Positions 9,724 to 18,134 are shown, counted from the first letter of the stretch. The stretch is 64,000 nucleotides of DNA from an uncultured Enterobacteriaceae bacterium (GCA_964430565.1 CAYSFD010000016.1:78902-142901), one strand, 5' to 3'. The notes: generated from the sequence alone by a model not told the origin. Translations and numbers: made by a program.

Positions 9724-9790
9724 ATTCGCACGCCTGAAAGGATGAGGCCCTGCTGCTGACAGCGTTATGTCAGCAGTCCGATGGGAACGG
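9724..9790. repeat. ~65-nt intergenic element, copy A, containing the perfect inverted repeat CTGCTGACA-N6-TGTCAGCAG (9753-9776)
   Basis: Aligns by eye at roughly 80% identity with 16657-16723 (shared ATTCGCACGCC..TGAA.GGATGA...CTGCTG.CAGCGT..TGTCAGCAGTCCG). Lies between the PIN toxin stop and the VOC-yafY operon start. Confidence 0.7.
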
Positions 9791-9792
9791 GC

Positions 9793-10233
9793 TCACCTCT
9801 GCATTTCCGTCTTCAAGGCATCCGGCGTCAGGATCGGTATGCGCGATTTGCCGGCCACCGCAAGCAGATCCTTGTCGCCCGTCACCAGCGCCTGCACTCG
9901 CGCCGCGTAGGCGAGGCGCAGGAAAATCCGGTCGTCCGGATCGCGGCATTGCGGAATTCGCGGCGTGCCAACCTTGCCCACCGCCTCGGCGTGTTCCATG
10001 TAGTGCGCGAGGACGTTCTTCATCTCGTCCTCGGTGAGCCTGAGCTTCGGGTAGGCGAGCACGCGCACCAGCTCGGCGAATGTTTCCGCCGAAACGACCG
10101 GGACAATGCGCCCCGCCTCCCAGGCTTCCCGCAGCCAGGCAAGCCGCCCCTGGCGGAACACCAACGCCGACACCGCGACGTTGGTATCGTGAACGACGCG
10201 CCGCGGGCGGGCTACTTCCGCTTTTTCGCCCAT
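9793..10233 (-). CDS. PIN-domain toxin (putative TA-system toxin)
   Basis: VVHDTNVAVSALVF near the N-terminus, DPDDRIFLRLA and LVTGDKDLL acidic motifs typical of PIN nucleases. Overlaps the upstream antitoxin gene by 22 nt. Confidence 0.8.
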   Translation of the reverse strand: MGEKAEVARPRRVVHDTNVAVSALVFRQGRLAWLREAWEAGRIVPVVSAETFAELVRVLAYPKLRLTEDEMKNVLAHYMEHAEAVGKVGTPRIPQCRDPDDRIFLRLAYAARVQALVTGDKDLLAVAGKSRIPILTPDALKTEMQR

Positions 10234-10436
10234 TGCACGGCGTTCTCGACGTCCTTCTCGGTGATGCCGAGCGACTCGATCTTGTCCCAGACGCCCTCGA
10301 GGCTCGTCACCTTCGCGGGCACCAGTACGATGCGCCCTTTTTCGGCGCGAACCTCGAAATAGCGCGCGCCCGGGAACTGCCCGACCACCGCCTTGGGCAA
10401 TGTGAGCTGGTTCTTAGAGGTGAGCTTGGCGAGCAT
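10212..10436 (-). CDS. AbrB/MazE/SpoVT-family antitoxin
   Basis: 74 aa; MLAKLTSKNQLTLPKAVVGQF is the swapped-hairpin SpoVT/AbrB signature. Positioned immediately 5' of the PIN gene. Confidence 0.8.
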   Translation of the reverse strand: MLAKLTSKNQLTLPKAVVGQFPGARYFEVRAEKGRIVLVPAKVTSLEGVWDKIESLGITEKDVENAVQWAKKRK

Positions 10437-10442
10437 GGCCGC

Positions 10443-10461
10443 ATTCCTTTAAGTAAGGAAT
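10443..10461. promoter_or_regulatory. inverted repeat ATTCCTT-N5-AAGGAAT at the antitoxin 5' end (candidate TA operator; overlaps the SD)
   Basis: 7-bp perfect arms seen directly, 7-25 nt upstream of the AbrB-family start, in an AT-rich patch. Confidence 0.4.
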
Positions 10462-10536
10462 CCTTATTGTACGCAAAGGCGCCCGAAGCTCCAAGCGGGC
10501 CGGAGACGGGAATTCGTCCCCATCTCATTCCTGCGT

Positions 10537-10989
10537 TCATTTCTGCTCCGCAGGTATGTTGCTCACCGTCTCCGTACCGTGCAGCGCGATGATAGTGTCG
10601 CCCTCTTTTGCGCCGTCGAAGTGGATGCCGTTCGCGTAGTGCACGACGTAGCTGCCCGCCGGCATGGGCTTGGTGCTCGCGGGGTCGAACTTCGGCCCCG
10701 TGCCCACCCACCAGTTGCCCGACACCACCACGAAAAAGCGGTCGCGCTCGTGGTAATGCGGGCGGCTCATGTTGCCCGCCTTCCACTTGATCAGCACGGC
10801 GTAGGGTCCCGGCTTGGTCGGATCGCCGTAGAGGATGGCGGTCTGGTTGGTGCGCGCGGCGTTGTCCTTCCACTGGATGTTCTCGGGCAACGTGTAGCCG
10901 ACGACCTTGGGATCGGGCTCGGCGGCACTTGCTGTGAACGCCGTCGCCAGGGCGAAGATGAAAAACAAACGAACAAAGCAGTGGGTCAT
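10537..10989 (-). CDS. secreted cupin-domain protein
   Basis: Signal peptide MTHCFVRLFFIFALATAFTASAAEP. Cupin-like core PHYHERDRFFVVVSGNWWVG...GSYVVHYANGIHFDG. Confidence 0.7.
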   Translation of the reverse strand: MTHCFVRLFFIFALATAFTASAAEPDPKVVGYTLPENIQWKDNAARTNQTAILYGDPTKPGPYAVLIKWKAGNMSRPHYHERDRFFVVVSGNWWVGTGPKFDPASTKPMPAGSYVVHYANGIHFDGAKEGDTIIALHGTETVSNIPAEQK

Positions 10990-11153
10990 GGTCTGCTCCT
11001 TTTGTGCGGGAACGGAACGATTATAGAGATTGGCTGCCCTCCCGCCGGAAGGCGGCGCTCGTCACCGTATCGGCTCCGCGCCCTCGTTCAGGATCTTCAG
11101 GGGGCTCATGGCCCTGCGCTTGGCTCACCCTGACCCTGTAGACTCTATACGCC

Positions 11154-11786
11154 ATGCTCGATTTTTCCGAGTACGTAAAGATTTTCGTGGCCCTGCTGGT
11201 GATCGTCAATCCCATCGGGACGATGCCGATGTTCCTGGGCCTGACTCACAAGCACAGCGTCCCGGAAAAGAAGCGCATCGCGCGCATCGCAAGCGTCTCG
11301 GTGGCGATCGTCCTGGCGGTCTCGGCGATGGTGGGCGAGCACCTTCTGGGGCTCTTCGGCATCACCATCGCCTCGTTCAAGGTCGGCGGGGCGATCCTCA
11401 TATTGCTGATCGCCATATCGATGATGCACGCCGCGCCGAGCGGCGAACGGCAGACCCCCGAGGAGGCGAAGGAAGCCGAGGACAAGGAGAGCATCGCCGT
11501 CGTGCCGCTCGCCCTGCCGCTGCTCTCAGGGCCGGGCGCGATCTCGACGACGATCATCTACGCGGCCCAGAGTCCGTCCCTCGCCCACCTAGGCGCCGTG
11601 GTCGCGTGCTGCCTGCTGGTCGCGTTGACGACCTGGATCGCGCTCAGGGCGGCAACGCCGATCGGAGGCCGGCTCGGGAAAACCGGCATCAACGTCGTGA
11701 TCCGGATCATGGGATTGCTGCTCGCCGCCGTGGCCGTGGAGATTTTTGCGAGCGGCATCGTGGTGCTGCTGCCCGGACTGGGATAG
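11154..11786 (+). CDS. MarC-family (UPF0056/NAAT) integral membrane protein
   Basis: FVALLVIVNPIGTMPMFL, VVPLALPLLSGPGAIST and a multi-TM profile typical of MarC-family proteins. Confidence 0.85.
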   Translation: MLDFSEYVKIFVALLVIVNPIGTMPMFLGLTHKHSVPEKKRIARIASVSVAIVLAVSAMVGEHLLGLFGITIASFKVGGAILILLIAISMMHAAPSGERQTPEEAKEAEDKESIAVVPLALPLLSGPGAISTTIIYAAQSPSLAHLGAVVACCLLVALTTWIALRAATPIGGRLGKTGINVVIRIMGLLLAAVAVEIFASGIVVLLPGLG

Positions 11787-11821
11787 TCCGGCGCAGTAAC
11801 GGCCGGACCTGCCGGGTCCGG
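11786..11821. terminator. overlapping GC-rich stem-loops between convergent marC-like and iorB-like genes
   Basis: GTCCGGC(N9)GCCGGAC and CCGGACC(N5)GGTCCGG seen directly between the two stop codons. No clear U-tract. Confidence 0.45.
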
Positions 11822-11838
11822 CCGCGCGACAGGACGAG

Positions 11839-14061
11839 TTACGCCAGCGCCTGCCTGACCCGCTCCGGCGTGAAAGGCAGCGCGCGCAGGCGCTTGCCGG
11901 TCGCATGCGCGATCGCGTTGGCGATCGCCGCAGCGGCCGGGCCCTGCGAGCCTTCGCCGACGCCGAGAAAACGCTCGTCGGGGCGGTTGAGCAGCACGAC
12001 TTCGACCTGCGGCACGTCCTCGAAGTGAATGATCGGATAATCCGCCCACGAACGCGTAGTGACGCGCGTGCGGTCGTAGCGCACCGCCTCCATCAGCGTC
12101 CAACTCGCCGACTGGATGATGCCGCCCTCGATCTGGTTGACGACGCCGTCCGGGTTGACGATCTGACCGGCGTCGACCGCCGATACCGCGCGCGTGACGC
12201 GCACCTTGCCGCTCGAGCGATCGACCTCGACCTCGGCGACCACCGCGCAGTAGCAGGCGAGATTCTTGTACTTGGAGAATGCGATGCCGCGCCCGCGCAC
12301 GCCGTCCCCCTTGGCGTTCGCTTGCCAGCCGGCGCGCTGCGCAGTCACTTCGATGACGGCGCGCGCGCGCGGATCCTTCAGGTGCCGCAGGCGGAATTCG
12401 ACCGGATCGGCCCCGGCGGCCAGCGCCATCTCGTCGATGAACGACTCGAGCGCAAACACGTTGGCATAGCCGCCGAGCGTTCGCAGCGCCGAGGTGCGCA
12501 GCGGAGCCTCCTGCAGGTAGTGCTTCACCACCTCCTGATTCGGAAAATCGTAGAGCGGGATTGCGTTGCGGTCGGAGCCGCCAGCCGGCTGCGGTATGTC
12601 GGGAGGAGATCCCGGATCGAGCGGCTTCTCCAGGTGGCGCCCGGCCAGCAGATTGACGCCCTTGGATGCGCCGGGTCGGGTGCTGTGCGGATAGCTCCAC
12701 AGCTCGTGCCTCCAGTTGACGACGTTGCCCTGGGCATCCAGCCCGCCCGAGAGTTTCATCACCATCGCCGAGCCGTACGGCTCCCACTGGAACTCGTCGT
12801 CGCGCATCCACTGCAGCTTGACCGTGCGGCCGCCGGCTGCGCGTGCGACGAGCGCCGCATCGAACGCCACGTCGTCGGCGCCGTTGTGGCCGTAGCAGCC
12901 CGCACCTTCGGCGTGGATGCAGCGGATGTTCGTGGGCTCCATCGCGAAGGCCTTGGCCAGTTCAGCGCGCAGCGGATACACGCCCTGGCTGTGCGTCCAC
13001 ACCGTGAGCTTGCCGCCGCTCCACTGGGCCACCGCGCACGAAGGCCCGATCGACCCGTGGCACTGGTAGGGCCGCGTATACACCGCGTTCAGCGTCCTCG
13101 CCGCGGAGGGCGCCGTGGAGGAGGTCCTCCTGTTAACAACCGAGTCCTCCGACTTCGCATTTGTCATCAGGTGCTCGAACAGCGCGTCGCCCGAGGGCGG
13201 CAGCGAAGCGCTCTCTTTCCATCGCGCGGATTTCTTCAAGGCTTCGCGCGCGCGGATCGCCTGCTCCTCGCGCTGCGCGGCCACGCCCAGGAAATTTCCG
13301 TCGCGCACCACCGCGATCACCCCGGGCATGCGCTCCACGGCGGCTTCGTTGAACGAAGCGAGCTGGGCGCCGGGTGAAGGCGGGCGCACGACGCGCCCAA
13401 ACACCATCCCGGGCAGTCGCACGTCCTGGACATAGGCGGCGCCGCCGGTCATCTTGTTCGGGATGTCGCGGCGAAGGATGCTCTTGCCGACCCATCTATG
13501 TTCGGAGGCGGCCTTGGGCTTGACCTTGGCCGATGCTTCGCGCTTGAAGTCGGCGTCGGCGACGAGGTCCCAGTAGGCCGCCGTCTTGCCGCCCGGCGCC
13601 GTGCAGGCGCCGTCGTTCACGCTGAGAGCGGTCGCCGCGACGCCGAGTTTTGCCGCTGCGGCGTTAAGCAGGATGTCGCGCGCCTCGGCGCAGGCGAAGC
13701 GCAGCGCGGTGCCGCTGTTCTCGACCGACTGGCTGCCGGCAGTCTGGCCCTCGTTGGGCGTGAGCGCGGTATCGCCGTGGAGGATCTTGATGCGCTTTAG
13801 ATCGACGTCGAGCTCGTCGGCGGCGATCTGGCAAAGCGCCGTGCCGATGCCCTGCCCCAGCTCGATCTTGCCGCTGAAAATGGTGACCGTGCCGTCGGCG
13901 TCGATGCGCAGCCAGGCGTTGAGCATGCGGTTGTTGTTGAGGCTGCCCGGCAGCCGGCCGGTTTGGGCCTGGCCGAGCGCAAATTCGGGTGCGAGCGAAA
14001 ACGATATGACCAGCGCACTGCCGGTCTTAAGGAAATCGCGGCGCGAGAGAGAGGGCTTCAT
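11839..14061 (-). CDS. molybdopterin-dependent oxidoreductase, IorB-type large subunit (aldehyde oxidase/xanthine dehydrogenase family)
   Basis: Tat signal MKPSLSRRDFLKTGSALV. 740 aa with the family-typical GQGIGTALCQIAADEL, GAGCYGHNG and VDAGQIVNPDG. Confidence 0.85.
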   Translation of the reverse strand: MKPSLSRRDFLKTGSALVISFSLAPEFALGQAQTGRLPGSLNNNRMLNAWLRIDADGTVTIFSGKIELGQGIGTALCQIAADELDVDLKRIKILHGDTALTPNEGQTAGSQSVENSGTALRFACAEARDILLNAAAAKLGVAATALSVNDGACTAPGGKTAAYWDLVADADFKREASAKVKPKAASEHRWVGKSILRRDIPNKMTGGAAYVQDVRLPGMVFGRVVRPPSPGAQLASFNEAAVERMPGVIAVVRDGNFLGVAAQREEQAIRAREALKKSARWKESASLPPSGDALFEHLMTNAKSEDSVVNRRTSSTAPSAARTLNAVYTRPYQCHGSIGPSCAVAQWSGGKLTVWTHSQGVYPLRAELAKAFAMEPTNIRCIHAEGAGCYGHNGADDVAFDAALVARAAGGRTVKLQWMRDDEFQWEPYGSAMVMKLSGGLDAQGNVVNWRHELWSYPHSTRPGASKGVNLLAGRHLEKPLDPGSPPDIPQPAGGSDRNAIPLYDFPNQEVVKHYLQEAPLRTSALRTLGGYANVFALESFIDEMALAAGADPVEFRLRHLKDPRARAVIEVTAQRAGWQANAKGDGVRGRGIAFSKYKNLACYCAVVAEVEVDRSSGKVRVTRAVSAVDAGQIVNPDGVVNQIEGGIIQSASWTLMEAVRYDRTRVTTRSWADYPIIHFEDVPQVEVVLLNRPDERFLGVGEGSQGPAAAAIANAIAHATGKRLRALPFTPERVRQALA

Positions 14062-14525
14062 GCCATCTCCTTTGCCGCGCGCTGCACGGCGCGCACGATG
14101 CGGTTATGCGACGCGCAGCGGCACAGGTGGCCGTTCAATGCCTGCCTGATCTGCTGGTTGGTCGGACTCTTATTAAAGTCGAGCAGCGCCTTGGCGGCCA
14201 TGATCATGCCGTTGCTGCAATAGCCGCACTGGCAGGCTTGCTCCTCGATGAAAGCGCGCTGCAGCGGGTGCAGCTTGTCGATCGTGCCCAGCCCCTCGAG
14301 CGTGGTGATGCTGCCCTTCGCCGCGGCCGACACCGGCACCGCGCAGGAGCGCGCGGACTTGCCGTCGATCAGCACGGTGCAGGCGCCGCATTGAGCGAGC
14401 CCGCAGCCGAACTTCGGGCCGTTCAGTTCCAGGTCATTGCGCAGGATGTACAGGAGCGGCGTGTCGGGTGCGACCGAAGATACTTTTCGCGTCGCTCCGT
14501 TCACCCGCAATGTGAAGTCAGCCAT
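14058..14525 (-). CDS. (2Fe-2S)-binding small subunit, IorA-type
   Basis: CGLAQCGACTV and CQCGYCSNG cysteine clusters. 4-nt ATGA overlap with the large-subunit gene. Confidence 0.88.
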   Translation of the reverse strand: MADFTLRVNGATRKVSSVAPDTPLLYILRNDLELNGPKFGCGLAQCGACTVLIDGKSARSCAVPVSAAAKGSITTLEGLGTIDKLHPLQRAFIEEQACQCGYCSNGMIMAAKALLDFNKSPTNQQIRQALNGHLCRCASHNRIVRAVQRAAKEMA

Positions 14526-14624
14526 GATCTCCTCCGGTCCGGATCTTCTTGCTTGGGCGGGAAGCGAAAGCGTACACCCGTGGCCCGGCCGGGGCCAGCG
14601 CGCCGCAGCGTCGGGAGGATTGCG

Positions 14625-15557
14625 CTACGCGATCAGCCTGGTTTCGCGGATCTCCCGCGCAGTTTCTCTCGCCCGCTCCGCCTCCTCGCGCCGGCGCCGG
14701 ATCTCCTCCGGACTCAGGCGCTCGGGGTTGCAGTAGTCCAGCTTCCAGTCCGAGTTGTCGCTCCAGCGCAGGGGCGACTGCACCGTGGTGCGCGGCCCCG
14801 CGGCGGACTCGAGCAGGCGCAATGCGAGCTCGAGCGTCAGCGCTTGCGACTGCGGATCGTGCGGCCTGCCCGCGCCGTTGCCCAGCGGGAAATCGCTGAA
14901 CAGGAACCGCGGCACGCCGCAGTGCTCGACGATGTCCTTCGCGCAGCCCATCACGACGGTCGCGATGCCGTTCGCTTCGAGATGGCGTGCGATCAAGCTC
15001 ACGCTCTGGTGGCAGATCGGGCAGTTGGGCACGAGGATGGCCGCATCCGCTTCGTCTACCTTGCAGCGCGCGAGGATCTCGGGGCAATCCACGTCGATCG
15101 CATGCTGCTGGCTGCGGTTGGTCGGCGCGCCCTGGAAGCGCGCGGCGAGCTTGATCCTTCCGGCAACAGCGGCGCGACGCAATGCCGGCAGCGGAAACCA
15201 GGTGCCGCTGTCCTCCATGCTGGTGTGCTTGCGGTCGATCGCAACGTGCGCGATGCGCAGGTCGTGGTCTTGGCTCGCATCGCCCGAGTACACGCTGTAG
15301 AACTTGGCCGCGGCGTTGTAGGCCGCGCCCGGTCCCTGGTTGCCCTTGTCGGGCTGATAGGGCGCCGCGGTGGTGATCAAGACCACCCGCGAGCGCGCGA
15401 GCGGTTTCTTGAGCGGCTGGAAGGGCGCGTCGGCGTAATGCGCCCACACATAGGGATTGCCATAGCCGAGCGCGAGGTACCAGTCGCGCGTGCGCTGCAT
15501 GTAGGTGATCGGCCGGTCGGACTCCGCAGCAGGATGGGTGTCGGTCTTGGGGTTCAT
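14625..15557 (-). CDS. glycine/sarcosine/betaine reductase component B (GrdB)-like family protein, Cys-type
   Basis: 310 aa from the ATG at 15557 (GGAGA SD). The track ORF's upstream 141 aa overlap the HEPN gene and look spurious. GrdB-like core with VVLITTAAPY and LVPNCPICHQS. No in-frame TGA. Confidence 0.6.
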   Translation of the reverse strand: MNPKTDTHPAAESDRPITYMQRTRDWYLALGYGNPYVWAHYADAPFQPLKKPLARSRVVLITTAAPYQPDKGNQGPGAAYNAAAKFYSVYSGDASQDHDLRIAHVAIDRKHTSMEDSGTWFPLPALRRAAVAGRIKLAARFQGAPTNRSQQHAIDVDCPEILARCKVDEADAAILVPNCPICHQSVSLIARHLEANGIATVVMGCAKDIVEHCGVPRFLFSDFPLGNGAGRPHDPQSQALTLELALRLLESAAGPRTTVQSPLRWSDNSDWKLDYCNPERLSPEEIRRRREEAERARETAREIRETRLIA

Positions 15558-15579
15558 GAGTCTCCGAATCACGGGCCTT

Positions 15580-16002
15580 CTATCGAAGCGGCTTGAGCGT
15601 ATTGAGCTTTGCAGCAACTTCGGCGCACGCTGCGATGATATCCGCGACGATGCGCTCGTCGATATTGAGGTCGCCCTCATACTCGCCGCGATTGCGAATC
15701 TCGTGGCCCTTGGCGAGGACCCTCCAGATCTCGGGTCCCAGCCCGAGCGTGTGCGGCAGCACCTGGAAGACGATGAAGCGATTCGCCGCCCGGAAGCCAT
15801 GGTAGCGGAGCGCGGCAAGGCACAAGGCGTGCGCCGCGCCGTAGGCAAGGTCGAAGCGCCCTTCGAGCGAGTTTTGACGGTTGCCCGCATCCTTGAGTCG
15901 GGCGAGCCCCGCACGCCTGAGCCCCTCGAACTCTCTTGCGTCGGGCGGTTCGGACGAAAGAGACAGCCCCGGACCGGCAAGCCGCTTAAGCGCCGAGGTC
16001 AT
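15580..16002 (-). CDS. HEPN-like domain protein (UPF0332-type), putative toxin partner of the upstream MNT
   Basis: 140 aa, all-helical. SLEGRFDLAYGAAHALCLAALRYHGF, then a HEIRNRGEYEG (R-x3-E-Y) motif resembling HEPN/UPF0332. 17-nt overlap with the nucleotidyltransferase gene. Confidence 0.6.
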   Translation of the reverse strand: MTSALKRLAGPGLSLSSEPPDAREFEGLRRAGLARLKDAGNRQNSLEGRFDLAYGAAHALCLAALRYHGFRAANRFIVFQVLPHTLGLGPEIWRVLAKGHEIRNRGEYEGDLNIDERIVADIIAACAEVAAKLNTLKPLR

Positions 16003-16645
16003 GTTCGCTACCGATCACCCACACCTTGGGCTGCTCGAGCACTCGTTTGACGAAAGCGTTGCCGGACTTGATCCGCTTCGCCAATTCCTTCCGGCTGTAG
16101 ACGGTCGGGTTGACTGTCCGCCCGAGCTTGACGCCTGCGTCTTCGAGCGCGGGGAAGACATCCGCGTACGTGAGTCTGTCGCTCACGACCATGAGGTCGA
16201 TATCGCTGCGCGATGTGTCGCGACGCTTCGCCACCGAACCGTAGACGAACGCCGCAACAATGCGGGGCGCAAGTCGCGCGAGCGCCTCGCGCAAAGGACC
16301 CGCCAAGCCGACCGTCTTGCGGGCAATACCGACCAGCTCCTCGAAAAGTGGAGACGCGGGGTTCGCCTGATAGTGTTTCTGCGTCCCGAGCCGGCTAACC
16401 GTAGCAAGGCTGCTTGCTTCGAGCCGGGCCAGCTCGCGCTGCACCGCGCCCGAGCCGGCACCGGTCATACCGATCAGTTCAGTTGCATAGAAGCTGCGAT
16501 CGGGCTGGCCAAACAGCAGCCCGAGCACGCGCTGCTGCGTAGTCGTGAAGAGCGCGTCGGCGAGACCTTCGCTGCGCGCGCGCTTCGGTACCTTGATCGA
16601 TCTACCCATTTTGGGCATATTACTACCCAAATTGGGTATATTCAA
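15986..16645 (-). CDS. winged-HTH plus minimal nucleotidyltransferase (MNT) protein, putative antitoxin
   Basis: FTTTQQRVLGLLFG...FYATELIGMTGAGSGAVQRELARL (wHTH), then YGSVAKRRDTSRSDIDLMVV (G-S-x10-D-x-D NTase motif). The track start at 16645 is TTG; the ATG at 16618 or 16609 is more likely. Confidence 0.78.
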   Translation of the reverse strand: MNIPNLGSNMPKMGRSIKVPKRARSEGLADALFTTTQQRVLGLLFGQPDRSFYATELIGMTGAGSGAVQRELARLEASSLATVSRLGTQKHYQANPASPLFEELVGIARKTVGLAGPLREALARLAPRIVAAFVYGSVAKRRDTSRSDIDLMVVSDRLTYADVFPALEDAGVKLGRTVNPTVYSRKELAKRIKSGNAFVKRVLEQPKVWVIGSEHDLGA

Positions 16646-16656
16646 TCCGCTGCCCC

Positions 16657-16723
16657 ATTCGCACGCCCTGAAGGATGAAGTTCCTCTGCTGGCAGCGTCG
16701 TGTCAGCAGTCCGTGGCAATCGG
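16657..16723. repeat. ~65-nt intergenic element, copy B, with inverted repeat CTGCTGGCA-N6-TGTCAGCAG (16686-16709)
   Basis: Second copy of the 9724-9790 element. Lies between the Bug gene stop (16744) and the MNT/HEPN module start. Confidence 0.7.
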
Positions 16724-16743
16724 ATCGGCCCGCGGGCACTTCA

Positions 16744-17718
16744 CTACTCCGCCCGCATGTTCCTTTCCTTGATGACGACCGCCCATTTTTTCAGCTCGGA
16801 TTCCAGTGTCGCCCTGAGCTCCTCCGGCGTGCTGCCGACGACTTCGATGCCGTCCTCCCCGAGCCTGCGCACGGTATCGGGCAAGCTCATCGCTTTCCGG
16901 AAGTGATCGTTCAGCGTAGCGATGATTTCGCGGTGGGTGTCCTTGGGCGCGACCAGCGCGAACCAGGCGACGAACTCGTAGCCCGGCAATCCGGCCTCGG
17001 CGATGGGCGGCACCCCGGGCAGCGCCGCCACCGGCTTCAGGCTGGTGACCCCGAGCGCCCTCAGGCGTCCGGCCTTGACGTAACCCGTCGCGCCGGCGAC
17101 CGAGGAAAACGCGACGCCGACCTCGCCGCTGATGGCCGCGAGCAGCGCGGGACCGCCGCCCTTGAACTGCACGGCAACCATGTTGGTCTTGGCGAGCTGG
17201 TTGAACAGCTCGCCGCCGATGTGCGGGTTGGTGCCGATACCGGAGGAACCATAGAAGAGTTCGCCGGGGCGGGACCGCGCAAGCTCGATCAGTTCGCCCA
17301 CGGTGTGCGCGGGGACCGAAGGATGCACGCTCAGGAACGAAGGCGCCGTCGACAGCAGCGATATCGGTGCGAAGTCCGTGAGCGGGTGGTAGGGCACCTT
17401 GCTGTACATCAGCGTATTCGTCACCATCGGCGTGGTATTGAGGAGCAGCGTGTAGCCGTCCGGGTCGGCGCGCGCCGCGGCCGTCGTACCGATGATGCCG
17501 GATGCCCCCGCGCGATTGTCCACCACGACCTGCTGGCCGAGCGACTTCGACACCGCCGGCGCGAGTATGCGCCCGTGCACGTCCACGCTGCCGCCCGGAG
17601 GAAACGGAACGATCAGGCGTATCGGGCGGTCAGGGTACTTCGCCGGCTGCGCCAAAGTCGTCTGGCCCAGTGACGCAAAGATCGCCATGAGGAGCACCCT
17701 CGTTACTGCCAGTCTCAT
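16744..17718 (-). CDS. Bug/TctC-family substrate-binding protein
   Basis: MRLAVTRVLLMAIFASLGQTTLAQPAKYPDRPIRLIVPFPPGGSVDVHGR. The ATG at 17718 is preceded by AAGGAAGGA. Confidence 0.9.
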   Translation of the reverse strand: MRLAVTRVLLMAIFASLGQTTLAQPAKYPDRPIRLIVPFPPGGSVDVHGRILAPAVSKSLGQQVVVDNRAGASGIIGTTAAARADPDGYTLLLNTTPMVTNTLMYSKVPYHPLTDFAPISLLSTAPSFLSVHPSVPAHTVGELIELARSRPGELFYGSSGIGTNPHIGGELFNQLAKTNMVAVQFKGGGPALLAAISGEVGVAFSSVAGATGYVKAGRLRALGVTSLKPVAALPGVPPIAEAGLPGYEFVAWFALVAPKDTHREIIATLNDHFRKAMSLPDTVRRLGEDGIEVVGSTPEELRATLESELKKWAVVIKERNMRAE

Positions 17719-17793
17719 AAGGCATCCTTCCTTGTCAGTGATTTGAGCCCGCACCGCCCGTTGCTGGCGGGCTCTGGCCCGCGAAATCGCCAG

Positions 17794-18054
17794 CTACTTC
17801 TTCCAGCCGTCGATGTCCCCGAGCTGCACGTCGTAGCCGACGTTCTTGGGACCTGCCTCCGCTTGCGCCACCTTCTCGGCTTTCTTGAATGTCGCGGCAA
17901 GCTCGAAACTCAGCTTCGCGAGCGCTCCGGCTTCGGGTTTGATCACCGCGGCATTGTCGACGCGAAGAAAAGCCCTGCCGACCAGTTCCACGTAAATCGC
18001 CGCAGCAAGCTCGTTGAGGGATTGTCCGGCGGCTTGCACATTGGGGGAGGACAT
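17794..18054 (-). CDS. small hypothetical protein (86 aa)
   Basis: Only an ORF with genome-typical high GC3 (…GGG GAC ATC GAC GGC TGG AAG AAG TAG). No family recognised. Confidence 0.45.
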   Translation of the reverse strand: MSSPNVQAAGQSLNELAAAIYVELVGRAFLRVDNAAVIKPEAGALAKLSFELAATFKKAEKVAQAEAGPKNVGYDVQLGDIDGWKK

Positions 18055-18134
18055 GGGGACTGCTTTCGAGGGGGGAAAAACGCCATGCTACTCTCGAACC
18101 GAGAGCATGAAAGGAGCCGAGCCCTGAACGCTCC

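Noticed and set aside
14625-15557. Selenocysteine recoding in the GrdB-like gene
   Set aside because: The reading frame is uninterrupted, with Cys where redox residues would sit. There is no in-frame TGA and hence no need for a SECIS element.
17745-17774. GAGCCCGC-N14-GCGGGCTC stem-loop after the small 86-aa ORF as a terminator
   Set aside because: The stem is short with a large loop, there is no U-tract on the transcribed strand, and it lies within the 5' leader of the next Bug gene. Too weak to call.
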